Below are positions 57,065 through 64,000 of a stretch of 64,000 bases of DNA, one piece after another. Made by a program: the position numbers and the translations under genes. The notes beneath the pieces are model-generated. The model searched no databases and was not told the origin of the DNA. It saw only the letters and a program-made list of their open reading frames with translations. Within the stretch, counting starts at the first letter, position 1. The number at the start of each line of letters is the position of its first letter. This stretch comes from Blastocladiella emersonii ATCC 22665 (lineage: Eukaryota > Fungi > Blastocladiomycota), in the NCBI GenBank assembly GCA_025594325.1, contig JANHCV010000004.1, positions 1,116,001 to 1,180,000 on the forward strand, written 5' to 3'.

Positions 57065-60000
57065 TCAGCCGAGATGCGTGAGTAGCGCGGCGCCCGCGAG
57101 CGTCAGCGTGGGTACATGCGCCGCGTCCTCCATGAGCATGGCGACGCACGCGACCTGGGTCTCGCGCGACACCTCCGAGTACACAGGCAGCGTGAGCGTG
57201 CGTGTCGCCTTGGTCCCAGTCCCGAGCGCGGCCGCGGGCACGTAGCTCAGGTACACGGTGACGAGCATGGCCGACGGCGTCGACGGCGACGGGACGGGCA
57301 CGAGCCGGCCGCTTTCGACCACGGCGCCCTGCAGCCACAGGTCCTTGACGACGATCACCGGCGCCTCGCTCACCCCCGCGCCCGCGAGCCCCGGCGGGCC
57401 CTGCGCCGACACCCACCCGACGAGCACGAGGCTGTGGATCGGGACCTTGAGCGCGGCGGCCGCGAGCTGCTGGAACACGCACAGGAACCCGGCGGGCGAC
57501 GGCATCGCGAACGTCACGTCGCCGAGCCGCGTGCCGGGCGCGAGCGCCGGGCCGAGCTTCTCGCACGCGTCCTGCAGCGCGGCCACGCTGTCGAGCGACT
57601 TGCCGAGATCGCGCGGGTACGCCATCAGGTTCGGCTGCGGGACCAGCGACTGCCAGTCCTCGGGCGTCGTCGACATGGTGATGGCCTCGGCGAGCGCTGG
57701 GTCTGCGTCGGGGGAGGATGATTTGAGCAACGCAAGGCGCCGCTGGATTGCGTCGACCGCGGCCAGCATCCCCGCGTACTGCTGCGCGAGGAGTTTGGCG
57801 AGAGGTGAGCGGAGTTTGCTGGTCGCGACGGCGGGTTTCGGCGCGACCTTGGCCTTCCACTGCGCGAGGAATGCGGCGACGGGGCCGGTAACGGGGCCAC
57901 CGGTGCGGGCCGACGCGGCGCGGGCCGCTGGCCGACCTGCAGGCGCGGTGGTGGGCACGGCCGACTGCCGCATGAGCCGCTTGGTGAGGTCAATGGCCTC
58001 GCGGACGCGGATCGCGTCGACGGTCGTGTGGACGTTGGGCGGGAGCTGCAAGACGACGTGGTCCTTGAGCTCCCCGCGGACCTGGTCGAGCGCGGCGTGG
58101 AAGTCGGCGAACGAGTCGGACGCGGGCAGGGCGAACCCGCGCAGCAGCTTGCGCGACGGCATGCGGTTGTTGGACCCGAGCACGTCCTCGTGCAGGATGC
58201 CGTCGATGAGGAGCCGCAGCTTGGCCGCGTCGACGGGCACGTCGATGCGCCCGCCGTACACGAGCTGCGTGAGCCCGCGCAGCAGGACCGTGTCGCGCTG
58301 GAGCAGCCGCGAGATGGACGCGAAGTCGCCGGCGCCGAACTCGTAGTACTTTTGCCACGCCTGCGGAAGGAAATTGCGCCGCTCCTGCATCACCGTGTGG
58401 AACCACGTCACCAGGAACTGCAGCTGCGCCTCGCGGATCGACCCCGCCGACTTGCCCGGCAGCGCCGACAGCGTCTGCGCGAGGTTGCGGTGGAACCCGG
58501 GCAGCACCTGCACGTTGACCAGCGAGCACTGCTCGACGAGCTCGACGGGGAGCGTGATCGTGTTGACCTCGCACGACAGGATGAACCGGAACGAGGCCGG
58601 CGCGGCCTTGGCCGACTGCAGCAGCGCGATGGCCGTCGGGATCCACGTCGGCAGCGCCTGCAGGTTCTGCACGAACACGAGCGTCCCCTGCTCGATGGCC
58701 CGCGTCACGGCCTCGGTCGCCGCGGCCTCCATGCCCTGCCCGAGCGACACGACCGCGGCCTGTTCGTTGACCACGTCGCCGAGCAGCGTAAGCGGGTTGA
58801 CACCGGGGTGGACGAACATGAGCACGGGGCCCTGGCCCGACGAGACGAGCTTGGACGGCTCGACGGGCGCGGATCCGAGCCGGCTCTGCACCAGCCGTAG
58901 CAGCTCGCTGTACAGCGCGTCGGGGACCAGGGCCTGCGTGAGCAGCGCGAGGTGCAGCGGGTTTGAGACCAGGCCCGCGCCGTCGTGTTCGCGCGCAATG
59001 AACTGGCGCCACTTGGTCTCGTTCTCGGCCAGCGTGCCGAGCGGGACGACGCCCTGCAGGCACTGGATCGCGTCGCGCTGCGTCTCGTTGATCCACGACG
59101 GGAGCGACCCGCCACCGCGAGCGGCGCCATCGCCCTCGCCCAGGCGGAGACCACACAGCGTCTCTACCTCGACGGGCGTCGCCTCGCCCGTGGCGAGGAG
59201 CAGGTTGAGCCCGAACGCGACGTGGTGGCCCGCGTCGATGCCCGTCGTGACGTGCAGGTACACGAGCTTGGCAAACGACTCGAGCAGCTGGCGCATGCGC
59301 TGCGGCTGCATCTTGCGGTCGACGGGGCACGGGTGTGCGGCAATGGCGGCCTCGTACCACGCCAGGAACGAGCGCAGGCTGAAGCGGTAGTGCGGGTGCA
59401 CCTCGGCGAGCTTGCGAACGAGAAAGTAGATCTGCGTGATGCGCTGCAGCGTCTCCGAGTACTGCGCCTGCTGGCCCTTGAGCTGGGCCTGCAGCTCGCG
59501 CGACTGCGCCAGCGACTGCGACACGATCTGGCCCTGCTCTTTCGCCGCCATGAGCGACTGGAACAGCTTCTCGTTGGACAGAATGTCGCCGTCGCTCGAG
59601 CTCAGGTCCTGCAGCAGCTGCGTCTCGAAGTGGATCAGCTTGGCTCGCAGGTCCTTTTCCTGCTGCTCCAGCTCGGTCAGCTGCCCGATCACCTCGGGCG
59701 TGTCCCTGGACGTGACGATGCGCAGCAGCCGCGACGTCAGGCCCTCGGCGGTCGTCGACCAGCACAGCTGCGCGACCGACCCGAACAGCTCGTCGGGCAG
59801 CTTCCACCCGGCGAACGGCGTGTACAGCATGATGCGGAACCGCTCGTGCACCTCGATCTGCTTCTCGCCGAGCGTGAAGATGACGCGGCCGTGCGACGAC
59901 GTGAAGTCGCGGCGCAGGATCGGGTACAGCCACGGGTGCACGTCGTTGGGCGTCACGTCCATGAGCAGGATCGTGTGGCCGAGCCGGATCGCCATCTCGA

Positions 60001-63000
60001 CTTCCTTGACGTACGTGTCGGCGAGGACCGAGATCACCTTGGGCGCGAGCACCGTCTGGATGCTCGACATGCCGAGCCCGTTGCCGTCCGCGACCCAGAA
60101 CGTGCCCGCGGCGTTGAGCTGCGCCATGGTCAGGTTCTCGCGCGAAATGAGCTCCTCGATCGCGGGCATGGCAAAGTCCTCGGCGAAATCGTCGGAGAAG
60201 CGGAACGCCGGGATCCCGAGCGTCGCAGCCCACCGCTGCATGAGCTCCTGGCGCTCCTGCTCGGGCAGGTTCGAGCACCACACGCTGTACATGGCGCAGC
60301 ACAGCGCGACGTGGTCGAGCGTCGACAGCTTGACGTTGATCTCCTCGAGCTGCAGCAGCCACCGCTGCTCCTCGGACAGCAGCGTGTCGAGCAGGGCGCG
60401 CGCGCGGTCCAGGTTCTTGTTGGTCACCCCGAGCCCCAAGGCCAGCTTTTGCGCCTCGCCCGTCTTTTCCGCAAACTCGACCTTGAGCTTGGCCACGGTC
60501 TCGTCGACCGAGAGCACCGCCTGGTGCAGCTCCTCGATCCGCTTGCGCGACTGGTCGAGCGACGCGTTGACCTTGTTGAGCTGGTTCTGCAGCGGCTGCA
60601 CACGCTCAATCACCTTGGAGTACTCGAGGTTGGCCACGACCCAGACGGCGAGCGGTGCCGCGGCCACGGAGCTCTTGCGCACGTTGGCCTCGACGAATGA
60701 GTCGGGCTTCTGCTTCATGAGCTGCTCGACCTGGCCGCGCGTCGCCGGCGTGATGTTGCGCGCGTTGAAGTTGAGCACCTCGTCCTTGAACGAGCGCTTG
60801 CCGAGCACGCTCTTCATGGCGGCCCACGACACGTCCTGCTGACCGAGCAGCCGGAGCACGCCCTCGAGCACATCACGGACCGCGGCGGGCGGCGCGCGCA
60901 GCGAGCGGACCTCGGTGAGGTGCTCCGACTTGATGTCGCTGACGGCGGACTTGGCCTTGGCCAGCAGCGGCTCGACATTGAGCAGCTCGTTCTGGATCTG
61001 CTCCTTTTGCGCCTGGATGCTGACCTCCTCCTTGGACAGCTGCGCCGTCAGCTGCTCCATCTCCGTCTTCTGCGTCGACACGTTCATCATGGTCTCGGTG
61101 ATCTGCTTGAGGTACGAGTCGGCCTGCGTCTGCTTCTCCTGCAGCTCGCGCGCCTGGCGCGCCGCGTCGCGCGACAGCTGGTCGACGGCCGACTTGGTTG
61201 ACTTGAGCTTGTCCATGCCCGACTGCAGGAACGTCTGGCGCCGGTTGAGCCGGTCCGCGAGCCGCGCGTGGATCGACTTGGCCTGGCCCACAACCTGCGT
61301 CAGATGCGCGGGCGACGAGTGCGGGTGGTCGCGGTAAATGGCCGCGAGCGCCTCGGCCTGTGCGGGGGCGAGCGGGCGGCAGATGGCCTCGACGGACGCT
61401 GCGTCCCAGTCGTTCCACTGCAAGAAAGTGCTGCGCGTGAGGAACAGTGGGAACCCGGGCAGCCACTCGGGGTTCATGTTGACGAGCACGACGCGCATGT
61501 TCGCGATGCACTGCGCGAGCACGTAGTCGCCGAGCGACCCGACGTGCCCCGAGTTCTGGTGCGCCGTCTCGGCGTCGGTCATGTCGGGCAGCAGGTCGGT
61601 CGCGGCCCGCGCAAAGATCTGGTGGATCGCGTGGTAGTACTCGGCTGTCGGGCATGCCTGCGGCTCGATGATGAGCAGCTGGCGCTGGCCGCGGACCCCC
61701 GTCGCCGCGATCACCTCCTTGAGCTGCGTCTGGAACGCCTGCAGCGACGCCGTGCGGTGGTAGTGGATCCGCGTGCATAGGAGCTGCAGCCGGCCGCACA
61801 GCGCGACGAGGGTCGGGACCGCCGGGATCCCCTGGCGGAACTGCAGGTGCACGACGGGGAGCGGGCCGGTGAGCGCGTCCATGAGGCTCAGGTAGTAGGA
61901 CCGGAACTGCAGCGTCCCGGCGATGTTGTCGACCTGGACGGCCTCGTCGAGGGCGAGCTCGCTGCCGTTGGCCGCTGCCGCGCTCGACGACACGAGCGAG
62001 CCAAACTCGGACATGAGCGCCGCTCGCACAAACTCGCCGTTGTTGGGCGCAACGAGCTCGCCGGCGCGGTCGAGAAACGCGACCGTTGCAGCCTCGTCAA
62101 GCGGGGCTCTAGCCGCAGCGGCCGAGCGTTCGAGCAGCAGCTCGAGACACTTCTTCGCGCCGAGGGGGTGGCGCGCGCACAGGTCGCCGAGGACGGACGA
62201 GAAACGCGCAGCGAGCCGCGAGTCGATGCCGCTCTGCCGCATCACCGCGAGCGCGTCGCGCGCGAACGCGTCCTGGCTCGGCTTGTCGATCTGCACGGCG
62301 CGGAACTTGGTGAGCAGGCGCGAGTTCATGGCCGCCGTAGCCGTGGCCGTGCACAGCACGCGCAGCCCGCGGACGTGGATCCACTCGAGCGTCTTTGGGT
62401 GATGGAACCCGCCGTGCTGGATGAGCTGGTGCAGGAGCTGGTGGAGCTGCACCGAGCGGTACTGGTCGACGCACGGGAGGTCCACGTCGCACACGTATAG
62501 CGCGAGACCGCCGTCCGGCGACACGTGCGGGGTCAGGTAGCACCCGTCAAGGCCCGTGGTCACGCTGCAGTGCTGGAGCAGCGCAGCCACGACGTGGTCG
62601 GCGACCGTCTCGCGCGTGCACTGGATCCACAGGCCCTTGCCCGCGCCGAGGTCGACGAGCTTGCGCTTGCGGCCGCTCGCGAGCGAGCCGACGACGAGGT
62701 TGTGCCGCGACTCGCTCGCCACAGGGAACGTGCTGGTCAGGAACACGATGGCGAGGCGACTGACCGTGGCCGGGGACGCGAACTGGAGCGAGTCGGCGAC
62801 AAACACAAAGTTGACGTTGGCCTCGAACTTGATGCGCTCGCCGTTGGGCATGGTGAGCAGGCGGTTGTCGTCGAGAACCGAGTTGAGCGCCTCGATCCAC
62901 TCGGGGTCAATGTCGCCGTCGAGCACGATCAGGTGGTGCGCCTCGGGCGCCGCCACGGTCTCGCGCGAGTACATGGTCAGGACGCCGTCGTGCCACTCGC

Positions 63001-64000
63001 GCGTGTCCGGGTCCATGAACCCGAGCAGGCGGTTGCGCCGCATCGCCTTGGGCGACGCGAGGTGCAGCTTGACCTGCTTGCCCTGCCGCGTCCACGCGTC
63101 GACGACGAGACGCACCAGCGCCATCTTGCCCGAGCGCGGCGGACCCGCGAGGCACACACCCATGCGCTGCTCGCACGCGCTTGAGAACTGGATCGCCGCC
63201 GCCATCTGCCAGTCGACGACGGGCAGGTTCGCCTGCTTGTACGACTCGACGAGCGCCGTGAGGAACGACTCGGGCCCCGAAGGCGCGCCGTCCTGGCCAA
63301 AGTACGCCGTGACGAGGCCGAGGAAGGTCTCGACGTCGGAGCTCGTCAGCTTGCTCTCGGTCGCGAGTCGCATCGCCTGGGCCATCACCGCGTGCTCTGG
63401 CGGCGCGCCGCCGTCCCGTTGCGCGAGCCGCCGGCGCAGGTCGCCCGCCGTCATGAGCACGGCCTTGAGCGCGCGGAGGCCCCAGTCGTAGTGGCGCTGC
63501 TGCGAGAGCACCTTTTTGCACGCGTCGAAGAAGTCGACGGTGACCTGGCCCAGGATCTCGGTCGACTCGCGAAAGCCGAGCGCCTTGAGCTCGATCTGGC
63601 AAATGTACACGACGTCGGGGTGCGTCATGGCGATGTTGCGGAACAGCTGCTTGAGGTTGGTCGGCAGCTGCTGGCGGCCCTTGTACTGCTTGCCGGCGGG
63701 GTTGAGCGTCACGAACAGGCACGAGCACGGGTTGACGGCCACGTCGTTGCCGGCGATGGCCACGCGCGGGAGCTTGCGCAGCAGCGCGTTCTGGATCGTC
63801 GAGACCAGATTACTGACGGCGGCGAGCACGCTGGCCGTGAGCCGGTTGAACTCGTCGAAGCAGCCCCACGCGCCGCACTTGATGATACCGCAGAACAGCC
63901 GCGTGATCGAGTTGACGTCGAGCGCCTCGTCGCAGTTGAACACGAGCACTTGTCGCCCGAACATGTACCCGAGGTGCTTGACGCTCTCCGTCTTGCCCGT
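57065..64000 (-). CDS. DYNC2H1: Cytoplasmic dynein-2 heavy chain (retrograde IFT), partial; window cuts in the AAA1 P-loop
   Basis: TGKTESVK, GAWGCFDEFNRL, NPAGKQYKGRQQLPTNLKQLFR (dynein-2 type), HYDWGLRALK, EWHDGVLT, LDGDIDPEWIEALNSVLDDNRLLTMPNGERI, stalk/MTBD; intronless over 6.9 kb. Confidence 0.93.
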   Translation of the reverse strand, partial: TGKTESVKHLGYMFGRQVLVFNCDEALDVNSITRLFCGIIKCGAWGCFDEFNRLTASVLAAVSNLVSTIQNALLRKLPRVAIAGNDVAVNPCSCLFVTLNPAGKQYKGRQQLPTNLKQLFRNIAMTHPDVVYICQIELKALGFRESTEILGQVTVDFFDACKKVLSQQRHYDWGLRALKAVLMTAGDLRRRLAQRDGGAPPEHAVMAQAMRLATESKLTSSDVETFLGLVTAYFGQDGAPSGPESFLTALVESYKQANLPVVDWQMAAAIQFSSACEQRMGVCLAGPPRSGKMALVRLVVDAWTRQGKQVKLHLASPKAMRRNRLLGFMDPDTREWHDGVLTMYSRETVAAPEAHHLIVLDGDIDPEWIEALNSVLDDNRLLTMPNGERIKFEANVNFVFVADSLQFASPATVSRLAIVFLTSTFPVASESRHNLVVGSLASGRKRKLVDLGAGKGLWIQCTRETVADHVVAALLQHCSVTTGLDGCYLTPHVSPDGGLALYVCDVDLPCVDQYRSVQLHQLLHQLIQHGGFHHPKTLEWIHVRGLRVLCTATATAAMNSRLLTKFRAVQIDKPSQDAFARDALAVMRQSGIDSRLAARFSSVLGDLCARHPLGAKKCLELLLERSAAAARAPLDEAATVAFLDRAGELVAPNNGEFVRAALMSEFGSLVSSSAAAANGSELALDEAVQVDNIAGTLQFRSYYLSLMDALTGPLPVVHLQFRQGIPAVPTLVALCGRLQLLCTRIHYHRTASLQAFQTQLKEVIAATGVRGQRQLLIIEPQACPTAEYYHAIHQIFARAATDLLPDMTDAETAHQNSGHVGSLGDYVLAQCIANMRVVLVNMNPEWLPGFPLFLTRSTFLQWNDWDAASVEAICRPLAPAQAEALAAIYRDHPHSSPAHLTQVVGQAKSIHARLADRLNRRQTFLQSGMDKLKSTKSAVDQLSRDAARQARELQEKQTQADSYLKQITETMMNVSTQKTEMEQLTAQLSKEEVSIQAQKEQIQNELLNVEPLLAKAKSAVSDIKSEHLTEVRSLRAPPAAVRDVLEGVLRLLGQQDVSWAAMKSVLGKRSFKDEVLNFNARNITPATRGQVEQLMKQKPDSFVEANVRKSSVAAAPLAVWVVANLEYSKVIERVQPLQNQLNKVNASLDQSRKRIEELHQAVLSVDETVAKLKVEFAEKTGEAQKLALGLGVTNKNLDRARALLDTLLSEEQRWLLQLEEINVKLSTLDHVALCCAMYSVWCSNLPEQERQELMQRWAATLGIPAFRFSDDFAEDFAMPAIEELISRENLTMAQLNAAGTFWVADGNGLGMSSIQTVLAPKVISVLADTYVKEVEMAIRLGHTILLMDVTPNDVHPWLYPILRRDFTSSHGRVIFTLGEKQIEVHERFRIMLYTPFAGWKLPDELFGSVAQLCWSTTAEGLTSRLLRIVTSRDTPEVIGQLTELEQQEKDLRAKLIHFETQLLQDLSSSDGDILSNEKLFQSLMAAKEQGQIVSQSLAQSRELQAQLKGQQAQYSETLQRITQIYFLVRKLAEVHPHYRFSLRSFLAWYEAAIAAHPCPVDRKMQPQRMRQLLESFAKLVYLHVTTGIDAGHHVAFGLNLLLATGEATPVEVETLCGLRLGEGDGAARGGGSLPSWINETQRDAIQCLQGVVPLGTLAENETKWRQFIAREHDGAGLVSNPLHLALLTQALVPDALYSELLRLVQSRLGSAPVEPSKLVSSGQGPVLMFVHPGVNPLTLLGDVVNEQAAVVSLGQGMEAAATEAVTRAIEQGTLVFVQNLQALPTWIPTAIALLQSAKAAPASFRFILSCEVNTITLPVELVEQCSLVNVQVLPGFHRNLAQTLSALPGKSAGSIREAQLQFLVTWFHTVMQERRNFLPQAWQKYYEFGAGDFASISRLLQRDTVLLRGLTQLVYGGRIDVPVDAAKLRLLIDGILHEDVLGSNNRMPSRKLLRGFALPASDSFADFHAALDQVRGELKDHVVLQLPPNVHTTVDAIRVREAIDLTKRLMRQSAVPTTAPAGRPAARAASARTGGPVTGPVAAFLAQWKAKVAPKPAVATSKLRSPLAKLLAQQYAGMLAAVDAIQRRLALLKSSSPDADPALAEAITMSTTPEDWQSLVPQPNLMAYPRDLGKSLDSVAALQDACEKLGPALAPGTRLGDVTFAMPSPAGFLCVFQQLAAAALKVPIHSLVLVGWVSAQGPPGLAGAGVSEAPVIVVKDLWLQGAVVESGRLVPVPSPSTPSAMLVTVYLSYVPAAALGTGTKATRTLTLPVYSEVSRETQVACVAMLMEDAAHVPTLTLAGAALLTHLG

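Overview
GC-rich eukaryotic genomic DNA with short GT-AG introns, most consistent with a flagellated (zoosporic) fungus; Blastocladiomycota is my inference from gene content, not a database result. Two conserved blocks flank an accessory island. Left block (1-15.4 kb): a P450 with a mitochondrial-type presequence, MRC1, TBCB, a 4-TM orphan, CFAP206 and AK7. Right block (45.4-64 kb): an orphan, CFAP20DC, SEC18/NSF, EIF3H, a senescence-domain protein and dynein-2 heavy chain. The island (about 15.7-45.3 kb) is bracketed by two paralogous F-box-like/ankyrin-like genes, one decayed. It holds a small secreted peptide gene, a QSQSQ amyloid-like gene with an in-frame TAG, an intact ZNFX1/Hrr1-like helicase, and a 3.3-kb Helitron2/Helentron-like element (21-bp subterminal inverted repeats, PIF1 fragment, back-to-back orphan ORF). 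It also holds a full-length but dead Ty3/Gypsy chromovirus with 216-bp LTRs and a CATAC TSD. That element shows CpG-specific decay, a candidate self-priming PBS, a poly-Asn Gag tract and a 138-bp hairpin-bearing tandem repeat. Family calls are from motif recognition only; no searches were run.
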